Shown here one piece after another: positions 11,978 through 24,148 of a DNA stretch of 64,000 nucleotides. The notes under the pieces are model-generated. The model searched no databases and was not told where the DNA came from. It was given only the letters and a program-made list of their open reading frames with translations. The DNA is from Chlorobiaceae bacterium (GTDB taxonomy: Bacteria; Bacteroidota; Chlorobiia; Chlorobiales; Chlorobiaceae), in assembly GCA_012972835.1 (NCBI GenBank), contig JABDHK010000004.1:153530-217529 (forward strand), read 5' to 3'. Positions within the stretch are counted from its first letter, which is position 1. Every line of letters begins with the position of its first letter. A program made the position numbers and the translations under genes.

Positions 11978-12373
11978 TTAATAGATACGGAACAGGATTT
12001 CACCGCCAACTCCCTGTGCCCTTGCCTCTTTATCGGTTATGACACCTTTCGATGAAGAAAGAATGTACAACCCGAGACCACCAAGATATTTTTTAATATC
12101 CTTTCCGTCATAAACACGCCGACCAGGCTTGCTGACCCTTGTAATCTCCTTAATGGCCGGGTCACCATGAGCGGTATACTTCAGATCAATCCGTAGAAAA
12201 GGAAATTTTTCGGTGGTAATGACCGTAAAGCTTTTAATGTATCCTTTCTCCACGAGCAAATGCGAGAGACTCTCCCTGAGCTTTGAATACGGGATATCGG
12301 TTGTTTTATTTTTTGCTCTTCCCGCATTTCTGATACGGGTGATATAATCTGCAATAGAATCCGTTACAGGCAT
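11978..12373 (-). CDS. rpsH: 30S ribosomal protein S8
   Basis: [17 protein letters not shown]... with the C-terminal GGEILFRIY. Confidence 0.96.
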   Translation of the reverse strand: MPVTDSIADYITRIRNAGRAKNKTTDIPYSKLRESLSHLLVEKGYIKSFTVITTEKFPFLRIDLKYTAHGDPAIKEITRVSKPGRRVYDGKDIKKYLGGLGLYILSSSKGVITDKEARAQGVGGEILFRIY

Positions 12374-12434
12374 AGCGAACGTTGGTTACTTTCGAAAATG
12401 AACAAATACCTTACTTAAACTTTTGCAAGCGGAA

Positions 12435-12704
12435 TTACCAACTTGCTTTTTTAACACCAGGCAGCTTTCCTTCAAGAGCAAACTTGCGGAACATATGCCT
12501 GCACAATCCATACTTTGCATAAACGCCTCTTCCTCGGCCAGTAAGTACACAACGGTTACGTACTCTTGTCGCTGAACTGTCTCTCGGCAGTTTACGGAGA
12601 GCTTCATAGTCGCCGGCTTTAAGCAGCTCTTCACGGATGACTGCATATTTCTCCACAAGCCTTTTTCTTTTCTCGTTCCTTGCTACAACGCTTTTCTTTG
12701 CCAT
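12435..12704 (-). CDS. rpsN: 30S ribosomal protein S14 (long form)
   Basis: 89 aa, [20 protein letters not shown]...[14 protein letters not shown]...LPGVKKASW. Confidence 0.95.
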   Translation of the reverse strand: MAKKSVVARNEKRKRLVEKYAVIREELLKAGDYEALRKLPRDSSATRVRNRCVLTGRGRGVYAKYGLCRHMFRKFALEGKLPGVKKASW

Positions 12705-12720
12705 CTGTTTTCTGAATTAT

Positions 12721-13308
12721 TTAGTTGATCTTCTTTTTGAATGGCATTCCAAGTTCCGAAAGCAGCGCATAGGCCTCTTCGTCTGTCGGGGCGGAGGTTA
12801 CAAAACTGATATCCATACCAGATATTCTTGGTACTTTATCGATATCAATTTCCGGAAATATAATCTGCTCCTTGACACCAACAGTGTAGTTTCCTCGACC
12901 ATCGAAACTCGTATCGTTGAGCCCGCGGAAATCACGTATTCTTGGAACGGCAAGACTGACAAAACGATCAAAAAACTCATACATGGCCTTGCGACGAAGC
13001 GTTACACGGCAGCCAATAGCCTGCCCTTCACGCAGCTTGAAGTTTGATATCGCTTTTTTTGATTTACGGATCTGTGGTTTCTGACCGGTAATCTGACCAA
13101 GCTCCTGCATGGCAATTTCAAGCAGTTTCGGTTCTGCTGCTGCAGCACCTACACCGATATTAATAGATATTTTTTTCAGCCTCGGAACTTTCATGACATT
13201 CTTGTACTGAAAGCGCTCGATAAGCTTCGGCGTGGCCTTCTCCTTATAAAAGGTTTCAAGTCTTGCCGTTGAAGGGTTTACCGGTGTTATCTCTTTGTTC
13301 TTGGCCAT
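12721..13308 (-). CDS. rplE: 50S ribosomal protein L5
   Basis: [20 protein letters not shown]...[26 protein letters not shown] is the canonical L5 core. Confidence 0.96.
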   Translation of the reverse strand: MAKNKEITPVNPSTARLETFYKEKATPKLIERFQYKNVMKVPRLKKISINIGVGAAAAEPKLLEIAMQELGQITGQKPQIRKSKKAISNFKLREGQAIGCRVTLRRKAMYEFFDRFVSLAVPRIRDFRGLNDTSFDGRGNYTVGVKEQIIFPEIDIDKVPRISGMDISFVTSAPTDEEAYALLSELGMPFKKKIN

Positions 13309-13366
13309 CTTTTCTTTATCAGTTAATCAGGATGGTCTTTGTCATCCCGACATTTAGTAGAAACAC

Positions 13367-13609
13367 TTAACTTTTCTTGACGTTAGAAGCGTGAATAGGG
13401 AACTCCCTTTCAATGATCGACCCTTGTGGCTGGCCCTGAGAAGGACGCATATGTCGTTTTCTGATATTTACGCCTTCAACAATAACCCGGCTCTTTATCG
13501 GAAATACTTTCAGAATCTTGCCAGCTTTTCCTTTATCATTGCCGCTTATAACAACAACTGAGTCGTTCTTCTTGACGTGCAGCTTAACCTTCTTGATCCC
13601 TGTTTTCAT
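13367..13609 (-). CDS. rplX: 50S ribosomal protein L24
   Basis: 80 aa with a KOW motif ([23 protein letters not shown]). Confidence 0.95.
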   Translation of the reverse strand: MKTGIKKVKLHVKKNDSVVVISGNDKGKAGKILKVFPIKSRVIVEGVNIRKRHMRPSQGQPQGSIIEREFPIHASNVKKS

Positions 13610-13643
13610 TTTTCACTGATATGATATTATTCATAAAATCCTG

Positions 13644-13716
13644 AGCGGGAGACGAGATTCGAACTCGCGACCAACAGCTTGGAAGGCTGTGACTCTACCA
13701 ACTGAGTTACTCCCGC
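13644..13716 (-). tRNA. tRNA-Gly (anticodon UCC), no encoded CCA
   Basis: Hand-folded from the minus strand: GCGGGAG-TA-ACTC-AGTTGGTA-GAGT-C-ACAGC-CTTCCAA-GCTGT-TGGTC-GCGAG-TTCGAAT-CTCGT-CTCCCGC-T.
- 7-bp acceptor stem.
- 4-bp D stem with GG in the loop.
- 5-bp anticodon stem with loop CU-UCC-AA.
- Canonical TTCGAAT T-loop.
- U73 discriminator, as in bacterial tRNA-Gly. Confidence 0.9.
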
Positions 13717-13726
13717 CTGTAGCACC

Positions 13727-14095
13727 TTACAATACTTCTGGCGCCAAAGAAACAATCTTCATAAATTTTCTGTCACGAAGTTCTCTTGCTACAGGTCCGA
13801 ATATACGAGTTCCTCTCGGTTCTCCCTGCGCATTAAGCAGAACAACAGCGTTTTCATCAAAACGGATATAAGAACCATCTTTTCTCCGCGACTCCTTGAC
13901 ACAGCGCACAACAACAGCCCTGCAGACATCCTTCTTTTTTACAATACCACCAGGAACTGCGGCTTTGACCGTTACAATAATCTGATCACCCAATGAGGCA
14001 TATCGCCTCCCGGTTCCACCGAAAACATGAATACAACGAACTTTCTTGGCTCCGCTGTTATCGGCAACAACCAGATTTGTTTCTTTCTGGATCAT
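13727..14095 (-). CDS. rplN: 50S ribosomal protein L14
   Basis: [24 protein letters not shown]... is the canonical L14 N-terminus. Confidence 0.97.
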   Translation of the reverse strand: MIQKETNLVVADNSGAKKVRCIHVFGGTGRRYASLGDQIIVTVKAAVPGGIVKKKDVCRAVVVRCVKESRRKDGSYIRFDENAVVLLNAQGEPRGTRIFGPVARELRDRKFMKIVSLAPEVL

Positions 14096-14133
14096 CCTGT
14101 TTCAAACTTTATTAAATGTAAAAAAATCCTCTC

Positions 14134-14433
14134 TTACCTGGCTTTTTCAATAATTTCTACCAAACGGCAGCTCTTTCTCTTGCTCAGGGGACGGCACTCA
14201 ACAACCTTGACAAGGTCACCAATTCCGGCTTCATTCTTTTCATCATGAGCCATAAGCTTGGTTGTTTTCTTGAAATACTTTTTGTAGACAGGGTGCTGTA
14301 CCCTGCGCTCTACAGCAACAATGCACGCTTTATCCATCTTATCACTGACCACCTTTCCCAACCAGCTTTTTTTTCTCCCCCTAACTGGAACATTCTGTTC
14401 CTTCGGTGCACTCTCCATTGTATGCTCTTCCAT
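14134..14433 (-). CDS. rpsQ: 30S ribosomal protein S17
   Basis: [40 protein letters not shown] is the S17 core. The exact start is uncertain (Met at 14433 or 14418). Confidence 0.93.
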   Translation of the reverse strand: MEEHTMESAPKEQNVPVRGRKKSWLGKVVSDKMDKACIVAVERRVQHPVYKKYFKKTTKLMAHDEKNEAGIGDLVKVVECRPLSKRKSCRLVEIIEKAR

Positions 14434-14465
14434 GTAAATAAACGGTTTTTTTAGTTAGCCTGCCT

Positions 14466-14672
14466 TCAAGCCTGTGCTCTCTCAGTGGCAGCAAGTTGAT
14501 GAAGCCGGTTTTTCATCCGCGCAATATCCCGTTTTGAATTGCGAAAAACCATAGGATTCTGCGGCTGCTCAATAACCTTAAAAAAATTGATATCGGCAAG
14601 TCTATCTTCAAGCTCCTTGAGTCTGTCAATCAATTCCTGTTTGCTCAATGCCGCAATTTCATACTTTTTCAT
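14466..14672 (-). CDS. rpmC: 50S ribosomal protein L29
   Basis: The L29-like part begins at the internal Met (MKKYEIAALSKQELIDRLKELEDRL...). The track ORF extends to 14792, but that part overlaps rplP, so the start is set at 14672. Confidence 0.92.
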   Translation of the reverse strand: MKKYEIAALSKQELIDRLKELEDRLADINFFKVIEQPQNPMVFRNSKRDIARMKNRLHQLAATERAQA

Positions 14673-14694
14673 AATAAGTAACCCTCTTGTCGAA

Positions 14695-15126
14695 TTAGTT
14701 GCTCGGTTTATCTTCGTAATCAGGACGGACAATGAACTTTGTCTTGATCGGCAGTTTCTGTGCTGCAAGGCGGAAAGCCTCAGTTGCAACATCTTTTGGA
14801 ATACCGTCGGCCTCGAACATAACTCTTCCGGGCTTTACGACTGCAACCCAAAACTCTGGAGAGCCCTTTCCTGAACCCATTCGTGTTTCAGCCGGTTTTT
14901 TTGTTACCGGTTTATCCGGAAAAATCCTGATCCAGATTTTTCCATCCCGCTTCATAAATCTGGTCATTGCAACACGTGCTGCCTCAATCTGACGGGCTGT
15001 AATCCACGCTCCCTCAATTGCTTTCAAACCGAAAGAACCAAAAGATACATCAGTACCCCGCCCTGCATTGCCTTTCATGCGGCCTCTTTGTGTCTTTCTA
15101 TATTTAACTCTCTTTGGCATTAACAT
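14695..15126 (-). CDS. rplP: 50S ribosomal protein L16
   Basis: [24 protein letters not shown]... is the canonical L16 N-terminus. Confidence 0.97.
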   Translation of the reverse strand: MLMPKRVKYRKTQRGRMKGNAGRGTDVSFGSFGLKAIEGAWITARQIEAARVAMTRFMKRDGKIWIRIFPDKPVTKKPAETRMGSGKGSPEFWVAVVKPGRVMFEADGIPKDVATEAFRLAAQKLPIKTKFIVRPDYEDKPSN

Positions 15127-15168
15127 ACAGGCAACTCCATTCGTTTTCTAATTGTATGGTACTTTATA

Positions 15169-15933
15169 TTAAGATCGCTTGGTGCGGTTACGTCGTTTGG
15201 TACGACCATCGCGATTGTCGCCGCGACCTCTTGCACCGGAGTCACTGCGTCTCTCCTTTATTCTCTTCAGCTCATCCTCTTCAATCGCATCGATACGCTG
15301 AACAAGTACTTCGCCTTTGTAAACCCAGACTTTAATTCCGATTGTTCCTGCAATGGTATGCGCTGTGCAGCTTGCGTAATCAACATTGGCGCGAATCGTA
15401 TGAAGCGGAATCTTTCCCTCTTTATACTGTTCGGAACGTGCTATCTCAGCACCACCAAGACGACCGCCGCACTTGATCCTGACACCTTCAGCTCCAGAGC
15501 GCATTGCCTGCTGGATGGCCTGTTTCATTGCCCTTCTGAACGAAACACGATTTTCAAGCTGGTAAGCAATATTGTCACCGATCAGCTGTGCCTCGATTTC
15601 CGGCTTCACAACCTCAACGACATCTATTTTCACCTCTTTACCGGTGATACGACTAAGCTCCTGAGAAAGATTGTTGATTTCCTCTCCTTTTCTTCCGACA
15701 ACGGCTCCTGGACGAGCTGCATAGATATTGATCTTGACATGTTTTGTCGTTCTTTCAATAATAATGCGTGCTATACCAGCCCTCTCCTTCTTCAGTCGTG
15801 CAAGAACGTAGGTACGTATAACGTGATCCTGCTTAATTTTTTCCGAAATTACCGGACTATCATCGTACCAACGTGAAGACCAGTCCCTGATAATTCCGAG
15901 CCTGAATCCAGTAGGATTAACTTTCTGACCCAA
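15169..15933 (-). CDS. rpsC: 30S ribosomal protein S3
   Basis: [14 protein letters not shown]... with a KH domain, plus an Arg/Lys-rich C-terminal extension. Confidence 0.97.
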   Translation of the reverse strand: MGQKVNPTGFRLGIIRDWSSRWYDDSPVISEKIKQDHVIRTYVLARLKKERAGIARIIIERTTKHVKINIYAARPGAVVGRKGEEINNLSQELSRITGKEVKIDVVEVVKPEIEAQLIGDNIAYQLENRVSFRRAMKQAIQQAMRSGAEGVRIKCGGRLGGAEIARSEQYKEGKIPLHTIRANVDYASCTAHTIAGTIGIKVWVYKGEVLVQRIDAIEEDELKRIKERRSDSGARGRGDNRDGRTKRRNRTKRS

Positions 15934-15948
15934 TGCGCTCTCCTTGTT

Positions 15949-16308
15949 TTATTTTGTTACTGGATTGATAACCTTATCAATGACTATTGTGAGATGATTC
16001 GATCTTTTACGAATCCTGAATGCCCGACCCATAGGAGCCGGAAGCGTTCTTTTCAGTGTAGTACCTTCATCAACAAAAATAGTCTTGACAAAAAGCTCCT
16101 GGTCACTGACTCTTTCATCTGGATTCAGCTGCGTGTAATTTGCTACGGCTGACTTTAGCGTCTGCATAACATTTCGAGAAGCTGCCTTGGTTGAGTTAAG
16201 CAAAATAGCCTTTGCCAGATCAACCTGTTTCCCACGAACGAGACCTGCCACAAGACGCATTTTTCTTGGCGAAGTTGGCGTATCCCGTAAAATTGCTTTA
16301 GCTTGCAT
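15949..16308 (-). CDS. rplV: 50S ribosomal protein L22
   Basis: [15 protein letters not shown]... is the L22 core. It lies between rpsS and rpsC. Confidence 0.95.
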   Translation of the reverse strand: MQAKAILRDTPTSPRKMRLVAGLVRGKQVDLAKAILLNSTKAASRNVMQTLKSAVANYTQLNPDERVSDQELFVKTIFVDEGTTLKRTLPAPMGRAFRIRKRSNHLTIVIDKVINPVTK

Positions 16309-16337
16309 GATATCTTTACCCTTTCGCGTTTTTCAAT

Positions 16338-16637
16338 TTATTTTTTCCTTGGTGCTGAGCCACCTTTTTCGGCCTTTCCACCACCAGCATGGCTGCGAAA
16401 CGATCTCGTCGGGGCAAACTCTCCAAGCTTGTGGCCTACCATATTATCACCTACATAGACAGGGACATGACTTTTGCCGTTATGGACTGCAACCGTATGA
16501 CCGACAAAATCAGGTGAAATCATTGAGCTTCTGGACCAGGTCTTGATAACCTTTTTTTCACCCTTGCTATTCATATCAAGGATCCGTTTTTCCAGTTTTA
16601 TATCAATGAACGGTCCCTTTTTAAGTGATCTTGGCAT
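16338..16637 (-). CDS. rpsS: 30S ribosomal protein S19
   Basis: [12 protein letters not shown]...[15 protein letters not shown]...[13 protein letters not shown]. Confidence 0.97.
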   Translation of the reverse strand: MPRSLKKGPFIDIKLEKRILDMNSKGEKKVIKTWSRSSMISPDFVGHTVAVHNGKSHVPVYVGDNMVGHKLGEFAPTRSFRSHAGGGKAEKGGSAPRKK

Positions 16638-16670
16638 AGTTTCTCTGCTTGTTGTTGTTAACCGCTATAG

Positions 16671-17510
16671 TTATTTGGCGTTTCTGCCACGTACAATCAA
16701 TTTCTGTGAAGCCTTCTTCTTGTTTCTGGTCTTCAGACCCTTTGCAAGCTGTCCCCATGGTGACATAGGATGTTTTCTTCCACCGCCTGACTTCGACTTA
16801 CCTTCACCACCACCCATCGGGTGATCTACCGGGTTCATCGCCATACCTCTTGTCTGGGGACGGATACCAAGCCAGCGACTTCTTCCAGCCTTGCCAAGAA
16901 CAACGTTCTCATGATCACTGTTCCCTACAACACCGATAGTCGCACGACATTCGACCCTGAGCTTGCGGATTTCACCTGAAGGAAGTTTCAAAGTAACATA
17001 ATCACCTTCACGAGCAGCAAGAACAGCAAAACCTCCTGCTGACCTTACAATCTGTCCACCCTTACCGGCTTTCATTTCAATATTATGAATATCGGTACCG
17101 AGAGGTATGTTTTTCAGAGGCATGGTGTTGCCTGCCTTAATTTCGACCTTTTCACCGCTCTCCACCTTGTCACCCACATTTAAACCTTTCGGGGCGAGAA
17201 TATAACGTTTTTCTCCATCATTGTAATGCAATAATGCAATTCTTGATGAACGATTCGGATCATACTCAATAGCAGCAACCAGAGCTGGCACGCCATCCTT
17301 GTTGCGTTTAAAATCGATAATCCTGTAATGCCTTTTATGTCCTCCGCCTCTATGCCTTGAAGTCTTCCTTCCTGCAGCATTACGACCACCCGATTTCTTT
17401 AAAGGAACAAGCAGTCCCTTTTCAGGCTTACTTTTTGTAATTTCATCGAATGCAGGGTATGACATAAACCTTGACCCTGGCGTTACCGGCAGTAATTTCC
17501 TTATAGCCAT
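16671..17510 (-). CDS. rplB: 50S ribosomal protein L2
   Basis: 279 aa, [22 protein letters not shown]...[14 protein letters not shown]. Confidence 0.97.
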   Translation of the reverse strand: MAIRKLLPVTPGSRFMSYPAFDEITKSKPEKGLLVPLKKSGGRNAAGRKTSRHRGGGHKRHYRIIDFKRNKDGVPALVAAIEYDPNRSSRIALLHYNDGEKRYILAPKGLNVGDKVESGEKVEIKAGNTMPLKNIPLGTDIHNIEMKAGKGGQIVRSAGGFAVLAAREGDYVTLKLPSGEIRKLRVECRATIGVVGNSDHENVVLGKAGRSRWLGIRPQTRGMAMNPVDHPMGGGEGKSKSGGGRKHPMSPWGQLAKGLKTRNKKKASQKLIVRGRNAK

Positions 17511-17541
17511 TTGAATGTATGATCTATCCTTTTTATGATTT

Positions 17542-17853
17542 CTATCCTTCGCTCTTCTGGGCTGATCCTGAGTAGTAGTCTATCGACTGCTCCTTTTCAA
17601 GAGTGATAATAGCCTTTTTCCAATCGCTCTTTTTACCAGTTACCAACCCTTTTCTGGTATTCTGACTCCGTGATTTCCCAAGACAGTTAATCGTGCGAAT
17701 CGATTTTACTTCTACACCAAATTTCTTTTCAACTGCTTTCTTTATATCAGTCTTGTCAGCATCGGGTTTAACGATGAAGACATACTGTCCTTTCTTCTCT
17801 GTCAGCCCGGTACTTTTCTCAGTCAACCAGGGGCGCAACAATGGGTTTTTCAT
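17542..17853 (-). CDS. rplW: 50S ribosomal protein L23
   Basis: [40 protein letters not shown]. Confidence 0.95.
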   Translation of the reverse strand: MKNPLLRPWLTEKSTGLTEKKGQYVFIVKPDADKTDIKKAVEKKFGVEVKSIRTINCLGKSRSQNTRKGLVTGKKSDWKKAIITLEKEQSIDYYSGSAQKSEG

Positions 17854-17884
17854 CTCTTTTACTCCTTTTTCTGGAAAACTGCAG

Positions 17885-18523
17885 TTACCCTAATGTATCT
17901 TCTATTGTTTTCAACGCGGTCTTTTGAACAACTACCGTATGACTTTGAAGAATATCGTACGTTGAAACTTTATCGGCTGTCATAAGATTAAGTACCTCAA
18001 TATTTCTGCCCGATCTTGCCATGATCATATCATACTCAGGCGTCAGCATCAAGGTTTTTTTCTCTGAAAGACCAAGATTTTTTAATATATCGGCAAATGG
18101 TTTTGTCTTGATCTCATCAAATCTGAAATCCTCAACAACAACAATTTTACCCTCATAAGCCTTGGTGCTCAAAGCAGAACGACGAGCAAGAAGCTTTACT
18201 TTCTTGTTGACTTTCTGGTCATAAGCATGGGGTGTAGGGCCGAATATCGTTCCACCACCAATATTAAGTGGCGAACGTGTAGAGCCCTGACGAGCATTAC
18301 CGGTACCTTTCTGACGCAGGGGCTTTCTGCCTCCACCTCTTACTTCACCACGTGTTTTAGACTTGTGTGTTCCCTGCCTCTTATGTGCGAGGATCGACTT
18401 GACATCAAGATACATCGCATGTTCAGATACTTCAGCGCCGAATATATCATCACGGAGCGTTACCACTTCCCCGGTTTCTGTACCGCTGGTATTTAAGACT
18501 TTAAGTTCCATAGCTTCGTGCAT
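17885..18523 (-). CDS. rplD: 50S ribosomal protein L4
   Basis: [26 protein letters not shown] is the L4 core. The start is probably the second Met (MELKVLN, 18511). Confidence 0.95.
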   Translation of the reverse strand: MHEAMELKVLNTSGTETGEVVTLRDDIFGAEVSEHAMYLDVKSILAHKRQGTHKSKTRGEVRGGGRKPLRQKGTGNARQGSTRSPLNIGGGTIFGPTPHAYDQKVNKKVKLLARRSALSTKAYEGKIVVVEDFRFDEIKTKPFADILKNLGLSEKKTLMLTPEYDMIMARSGRNIEVLNLMTADKVSTYDILQSHTVVVQKTALKTIEDTLG

Positions 18524-18530
18524 TCAGCTT

Positions 18531-19160
18531 TTACTTTTTTGTAGAAACAATCTTGACATAGGAATTCTTTGGTCCAGGCACAGATCCCTTTATCACAATA
18601 AGATTAGATTCAGGCATGATCTTGAAAATCTCAAGATTTCTGACGGTAATATTATCTGACCCCATGCGTCCAGCCATTCTGGTACCCTTGAAAACCCTTG
18701 ACGGATCGGATGAGGCACCGATAGAACCTGGCGCTCTCTGCCTGTCTGACTGACCATGCGTTCTCTGCGCTCCACTGAAATTATGGCGCTTCATGACACC
18801 GGCAAAGCCTTTTCCTTTTGAAATACCGAGAACATTTATTTTCTCGCCCTCTTTGAACGATTCAACACTGACAGGACTACCGAGTTCAAGTTCCTGATTA
18901 AGCTCTGTAAAGTTAAACTCAGCAAGCTTGAAACCTGGGGTTACTCCAGCTTTTCTGTAATGTCCCTGCAGTGGTTTGCTGACATTCTTTTCCTTTCTCT
19001 CTCCGATACCAATCTGATAAGCATCGTAACCGTCTGTATCAACACGCTTAACCTGTGTTACAAAGCACGGTCCTGCCTGGATAATCGTGCAAGATACTGC
19101 TTCGCGTTTATCATTGAATAAACGGGTCATGCCGATTTTTTTTCCAAGAATCGCACCCAT
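18531..19160 (-). CDS. rplC: 50S ribosomal protein L3
   Basis: [12 protein letters not shown]...[16 protein letters not shown] is the L3 core. Confidence 0.97.
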   Translation of the reverse strand: MGAILGKKIGMTRLFNDKREAVSCTIIQAGPCFVTQVKRVDTDGYDAYQIGIGERKEKNVSKPLQGHYRKAGVTPGFKLAEFNFTELNQELELGSPVSVESFKEGEKINVLGISKGKGFAGVMKRHNFSGAQRTHGQSDRQRAPGSIGASSDPSRVFKGTRMAGRMGSDNITVRNLEIFKIMPESNLIVIKGSVPGPKNSYVKIVSTKK

Positions 19161-19182
19161 AGGAATTAACTATTCAAATTCT

Positions 19183-19494
19183 TTAAGACTTAATTTCAAC
19201 ATCAACGCCACTTGGAAGCTCAAGCTTCATCAGCATATCAATGGTTCTGGATGTCGGGTTTATAATTTCTATCAACCTCTTGTGAGAGGAGAAAGAGAAC
19301 TGCTCACGGGACTTCTTGTCAACATGCGGAGAACGGTTTACCGTATACACATGTGATTTTGTAGGCAGCGGTATCGGACCAAAAATGATTGCATCCGTCT
19401 GCTTGACCACATCAATAATTCTTAGAGCCCACTTATCAACCAGGCTATGGTCGTAAGACTTGAGCTTGATTCTTATCTTTTGCTGTACAGCCAC
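19183..19494 (-). CDS. rpsJ: 30S ribosomal protein S10
   Basis: [16 protein letters not shown]...[24 protein letters not shown]. Confidence 0.97.
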   Translation of the reverse strand: MAVQQKIRIKLKSYDHSLVDKWALRIIDVVKQTDAIIFGPIPLPTKSHVYTVNRSPHVDKKSREQFSFSSHKRLIEIINPTSRTIDMLMKLELPSGVDVEIKS

Positions 19495-19521
19495 TTGTCA
19501 ACCCTGTTTCGTGTTATCAAT

Positions 19522-19553
19522 AAAATAAAGGACGGGATTTCAAGGCCCCGTCC
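19522..19553 (-). terminator. Intrinsic terminator/attenuator hairpin between tuf and rpsJ
   Basis: The minus-strand RNA reads GGACGGG-(10 nt loop)-CCCGTCC followed by UUUAUUUU. It lies 25 nt after the tuf stop and about 28 nt before the rpsJ start. Confidence 0.6.
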
Positions 19554-19577
19554 CGGGACGCCATACAATCTATATTA

Positions 19578-20759
19578 TTACTCGATAATCTTGGTTACAG
19601 AACCCGCACCGACGGTACGACCGCCCTCACGGATTGCAAAACGCAGACCTTCATCCATAGCGATAGGAGCAAGAAGCTCAACATCGACTCCAAGGTTGTC
19701 GCCTGGCATAACCATCTCGACACCTTCAGGCAGAGTTACAGAACCTGTAACATCTGTGGTACGGAAGTAGAACTGGGGACGGTATCCGTTAAAGAACGGA
19801 GTATGACGCCCACCCTCTTCCTTTTTAAGAATATAGACCTGAGCATTGAACTTGGTGTGTGGCTTGATAGTACCTGGCTTGGCGATAACCATACCACGCT
19901 CGAGTTCAGTCTTATCGACACCTCTGAGAAGAAGACCGGCGTTATCGCCTGCCTGACCTTCATCAAGAAGCTTCTGGAACATCTCAATACCTGTAACAAC
20001 TGATTTACGGGTAGGTCTTATACCAACAATCTCAACCTCTTCGTTAATCTTGATACGACCTCTCTCAATCCTTCCTGTACCGACAGTACCACGACCTGAA
20101 ATAGAGAATACATCCTCAACTGGCATCAGGAATGGCTTGTCAACGTCACGGACAGGCTCAGGAATAAACTCATCAACCGCATCCATAAGCTCTATAATGG
20201 ATTTTTCAGCCTCTGGATCGCCTTCAAGAGCTTTCAGAGCGGATCCCTTGATAATCGGAATATCATCACCAGGGAAATCATACTGAGTCAAAAGCTCTCT
20301 AAGCTCAAGCTCTACAAGCTCAATAAGTTCAGGATCAGCAATGTCAACTTTATTAAGATAAACAACAAGTGAAGGAACGTTAACCTGACGGGCAAGCAGG
20401 ATGTGCTCGCGAGTCTGAGGCATCGGACCGTCAGTACCGGCAACTACAAGAATAGCGCCATCCATCTGCGCCGCACCTGTAATCATATTTTTAATGTAAT
20501 CAGCGTGACCTGGACAGTCAATGTGCGCATAGTGGCGCTTTTTGGTCTGGTACTCTACGTGTGCTGTGGAAATGGTAATACCACGTTCCCGCTCTTCCGG
20601 AGCCTTATCGATGCTACCAAAATCTCGTACTGCAGCAAGTCCCTGCTTTGCAAGCACTGAGGTAATTGCAGCTGTCAAGGTGGTCTTGCCATGGTCGACG
20701 TGACCAATGGTTCCTATATTGACATGGGGTTTATCCCTTTTGTATGTCTCTTTTGCCAT
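19578..20759 (-). CDS. tuf: Elongation factor Tu
   Basis: 393 aa with [18 protein letters not shown] and NKVD motifs, full length. Confidence 0.99.
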   Translation of the reverse strand: MAKETYKRDKPHVNIGTIGHVDHGKTTLTAAITSVLAKQGLAAVRDFGSIDKAPEERERGITISTAHVEYQTKKRHYAHIDCPGHADYIKNMITGAAQMDGAILVVAGTDGPMPQTREHILLARQVNVPSLVVYLNKVDIADPELIELVELELRELLTQYDFPGDDIPIIKGSALKALEGDPEAEKSIIELMDAVDEFIPEPVRDVDKPFLMPVEDVFSISGRGTVGTGRIERGRIKINEEVEIVGIRPTRKSVVTGIEMFQKLLDEGQAGDNAGLLLRGVDKTELERGMVIAKPGTIKPHTKFNAQVYILKKEEGGRHTPFFNGYRPQFYFRTTDVTGSVTLPEGVEMVMPGDNLGVDVELLAPIAMDEGLRFAIREGGRTVGAGSVTKIIE

Positions 20760-20825
20760 AACTTATCTCCGTGTCGGTTATCTTTATTGATTGTAGTAGT
20801 AAAAACTGATAGTCTCTCTGTCCGC

Positions 20826-22940
20826 TTAGTCTGAATCCTTGCTAACCCGCTTCTCTTGCAAAGCTTCCGCAATATTTCGCGGAACCTCGCGATAACATTC
20901 AAACTCCATAGAGTAATTCGCCCTTCCCTGACTCATTGAACGAAGATCGGTCGAATAGCCGAACATCGCTGAAAGTGGGACCTTGGCATTGACAAACTGA
21001 GCTCCTGCCCTCTGCCCCATACCTTCGATATGGCCGCGACGGCTCGACAGATCACCCATCACATCTCCAAGATACTCCTCGGGAGTTATGACCTCAACCT
21101 TCATGATTGGTTCAAGCAGAACAGGATCAGCTTTCTTGGCAGCGCCCTTGAATCCGATAGAACCAGCGATCTTGAAAGCCATTTCTGAAGAGTCAACCTC
21201 ATGATACTTACCATCATACAGGGTCACCTTGATATCCTGCATCGGATAACCTGCTACAACACCGCTTTTCATGGCCTGCTGCACACCTGCATTAACTGCC
21301 GGTATATACTCTCTCGGTATAACACCACCCTTGACAGCATCAACAAATTCGTATCCCTTCCCTTCTTCAAGTGGCTCAACAGTAATATTAACCAGACCAA
21401 ACTGACCTTTACCGCCAGACTGACGAACAAACTTACCCTCAAAGTCAACTTTCTTTCTGATAGTCTCACGGTAAGCAACCTGCGGCTGGCCAACATTTGC
21501 CTCAACCTTAAACTCACGCCGCAGCCTGTCAACCAGAATTTCGAGATGAAGCTCACCCATACCAGCAATAAGCGTCTGGCCCGTTTCATCATCTGTTTTG
21601 ACCTTAAACGTAGGATCCTCTTCAGCAAGCTTTGCAAGGGACATACCGAGCTTGTCGGAATCCGCCTTGGTTTTTGGCTCAATCGCAATCTGAATAACCG
21701 GCTCAGGAAAAATCATTTTCTCAAGCACAACCGGATTATTTTCATCACAGAGAGTATCTCCGGTTCTAACATCTTTCAGACCTACTGCTGCTGCGATATC
21801 ACCACAATAAACACAATCTATATCCTCTCTCTTGTTTGAGTGCATCTGAAGCACACGGCCAATACGCTCTTTCTTGCCAGTCATGGTATTCAACACATAA
21901 CTGCCAGCTTTGAGAATGCCTGAGTAAACCCTGAAAAAGGTAAGCTTACCAACAAACGGGTCGGTTGCTATCTTAAAGGCAAGAGCGGCAAAAGGCTCTT
22001 CATCCTTCGGCTCGCGCGATATTGACTCTTCAGTCCGAGGGTGGTGACCAACTACAGCGCCTACATCAACAGGTGAAGCAAGATACTCCACTACAGCGTC
22101 CAGCATGAACTGAACACCCTTATTCTTAAATGAGGAACCGCACAGCACCGGAATAATAGTGACCTTGAGCGTTGCCTCACGCAACACATCTCTTATCTCT
22201 TTCTCAGTAATCTCTTCTCCATTCAAATACTTCTCAAGCAATGTATCATTATGCTCCGAGACCGCTTCAAGCATATTAATGCGCCAAGTCCTTGCCTCGT
22301 TCTGAAGGTCATGCGGAATGTCGACTTCATTATAGGTGCTGCCATCATCTTTATCATAAATAATACCTTTCATCCTGATAAGATCGACGAAACCAGCAAA
22401 TATCTCACCTTCACCGATCGGTATCTGCAAAGGTACCGGATTAGCACTCAACCTTTCCCTTATTGCCTTGACCGTATCAAAAAAGTTTGCACCTGTCCTG
22501 TCCATCTTATTGACATAGGCAATCCTCGGTACTCCATACTTGTTTGCCTGACGCCATACCGTTTCCGACTGAGGCTCTACTCCACCAACAGCACAAAACA
22601 GCGCTACAGCGCCATCAAGCACACGCAGCGATCGCTCAACTTCAACCGTAAAATCTACGTGACCAGGGGTGTCAATTATATTAATACGGTGATTAACACC
22701 GATATAGTTACCAAACTTCGGCGTCCAAAAACAGGTTGTAGCTGCAGATGTGATTGTAATACCGCGCTCTTTCTCCTGATCCATCCAGTCCATCGTCGCG
22801 CCACCTTCATGCACCTCACCCATACGGTGCAAACGACCAGTGTAATACAATATTCTCTCTGTCGTCGTCGTCTTTCCGGCATCAATATGAGCCATGATAC
22901 CGATATTGCGTACTTTATCTAAATCAACCAGCCTTGCCAT
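20826..22940 (-). CDS. fusA: Elongation factor G
   Basis: 704 aa, [27 protein letters not shown]. It lies between rpsG and tuf. Confidence 0.99.
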   Translation of the reverse strand: MARLVDLDKVRNIGIMAHIDAGKTTTTERILYYTGRLHRMGEVHEGGATMDWMDQEKERGITITSAATTCFWTPKFGNYIGVNHRINIIDTPGHVDFTVEVERSLRVLDGAVALFCAVGGVEPQSETVWRQANKYGVPRIAYVNKMDRTGANFFDTVKAIRERLSANPVPLQIPIGEGEIFAGFVDLIRMKGIIYDKDDGSTYNEVDIPHDLQNEARTWRINMLEAVSEHNDTLLEKYLNGEEITEKEIRDVLREATLKVTIIPVLCGSSFKNKGVQFMLDAVVEYLASPVDVGAVVGHHPRTEESISREPKDEEPFAALAFKIATDPFVGKLTFFRVYSGILKAGSYVLNTMTGKKERIGRVLQMHSNKREDIDCVYCGDIAAAVGLKDVRTGDTLCDENNPVVLEKMIFPEPVIQIAIEPKTKADSDKLGMSLAKLAEEDPTFKVKTDDETGQTLIAGMGELHLEILVDRLRREFKVEANVGQPQVAYRETIRKKVDFEGKFVRQSGGKGQFGLVNITVEPLEEGKGYEFVDAVKGGVIPREYIPAVNAGVQQAMKSGVVAGYPMQDIKVTLYDGKYHEVDSSEMAFKIAGSIGFKGAAKKADPVLLEPIMKVEVITPEEYLGDVMGDLSSRRGHIEGMGQRAGAQFVNAKVPLSAMFGYSTDLRSMSQGRANYSMEFECYREVPRNIAEALQEKRVSKDSD

Positions 22941-22980
22941 AACAAATTTTTAGACCTTTTAGCCACACCTTTACAATTAC

Positions 22981-23448
22981 TTAGAACCTGAAATGCGCAA
23001 ACGCCTTATTAGCATCGGCCATCCTGTGTACTTCATCACGCTTTTTCACCGATGCACCCTGCTCGTTAGCAGCATCCATCAACTCAGCAGCAAGCTTTTC
23101 AGCCATTGATTTACCACCACGCTTTGCGGCATACATCTTAAGCCAGCGGAACGCAAGAGCACCTCTTCGTGAAGCCTTCACCTCCATTGGAATCTGGTAA
23201 GTAGCGCCACCAACTCTTTTACTGCGAACCTCAACGACCGGAGCGATATGCGACATAGCTTTACGGTAGACTTCCAGCGGATCTTCACCACTCATTTTTT
23301 CGCCAATAATAGCAAATGCATCATAAACTATCTTTGTCGCAACAGCCTTCTTTCCGTCAAGCATCACAGCATTGATGAAACGGGCAACACTCTCATCCCC
23401 GTAACGAAAATCAACACCCACTCTCTTATAGCCACCTTTTTTCGGCAT
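22981..23448 (-). CDS. rpsG: 30S ribosomal protein S7
   Basis: The C-terminal ...[17 protein letters not shown] and the core [19 protein letters not shown] are both canonical for S7. Confidence 0.97.
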   Translation of the reverse strand: MPKKGGYKRVGVDFRYGDESVARFINAVMLDGKKAVATKIVYDAFAIIGEKMSGEDPLEVYRKAMSHIAPVVEVRSKRVGGATYQIPMEVKASRRGALAFRWLKMYAAKRGGKSMAEKLAAELMDAANEQGASVKKRDEVHRMADANKAFAHFRF

Positions 23449-23474
23449 ATTCTTCTATAAATTTATGATTGGAC

Positions 23475-23882
23475 CTATCTGCCTTTACCCTTGACAGGAG
23501 CAGCTGCACCGGCTTTCGGCTGCTTGGCCCCGTACTTCGAACGACTTTGCTTACGATCAGCAACACCGGAGGTATCCAGCGAGCCACGTACAATATGATA
23601 ACGCACACCAGGAAGATCCTTGACCCTGCCGCCTCTGATTAAAACAATTGAGTGCTCCTGCAGGTTATGACCCTCTCCCGGGATATATGCCGTAACTTCA
23701 ATCTTGTTGGACAACCTTACACGCGCAACTTTCCGTAACGCTGAGTTAGGCTTTTTTGGTGTGGTCGTATAGACACGTGTACAAACCCCGCGCTTCTGCG
23801 GACACTTCTCAAGCGCCGGTGACGCTGTTTTCGATGCTTTTACACTTCTCCCAAGCCTGATGAGCTGCTGAATCGTCGGCAT
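23475..23882 (-). CDS. rpsL: 30S ribosomal protein S12
   Basis: [12 protein letters not shown]...[35 protein letters not shown] is canonical for S12. It is the first gene of the str cluster. Confidence 0.98.
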   Translation of the reverse strand: MPTIQQLIRLGRSVKASKTASPALEKCPQKRGVCTRVYTTTPKKPNSALRKVARVRLSNKIEVTAYIPGEGHNLQEHSIVLIRGGRVKDLPGVRYHIVRGSLDTSGVADRKQSRSKYGAKQPKAGAAAPVKGKGR

Positions 23883-24148
23883 ACTAAAACTCTCTTTCTA
23901 TTTAAAAACCTCTGATTACAAAAAACGTAATGCTTAAAAATCCATAAGGACAGACAATGTAAGAGAATTATAAAAAGAAACAAAACCTAAATCATCATTT
24001 TTGTTCTCTGCATAAAAAATATTTCATACCATCCGTTGCCTCCGCACAAAGATATTTCTATACCTGCACATAGTGGTTTTGCAGCTTTTCAGGCAAGGGG
24101 ATCAAGCAAATTGAGAACAAAGGAGATAAAAAACCATACCAATATCAT

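Noticed and set aside
14466-14792. N-terminally extended versions of several track ORFs: L29 to 14792, L15 to 10266, SemiSWEET from 55802, RsmG from 3225, and the nucleotidyltransferase to 3144.
   Set aside because: The extensions overlap the preceding gene or a terminator and lack similarity to the family N-termini. Internal Met codons give products of canonical length.
21201-22922. Long plus-strand ORFs (212 aa at 21201-21839 and 223 aa at 22251-22922) antisense to fusA.
   Set aside because: They lie entirely inside the unambiguous EF-G gene. Their translations are low-complexity, Ile/Asn/Leu/Arg-rich and motif-free, which marks them as typical shadow ORFs of a highly biased gene.
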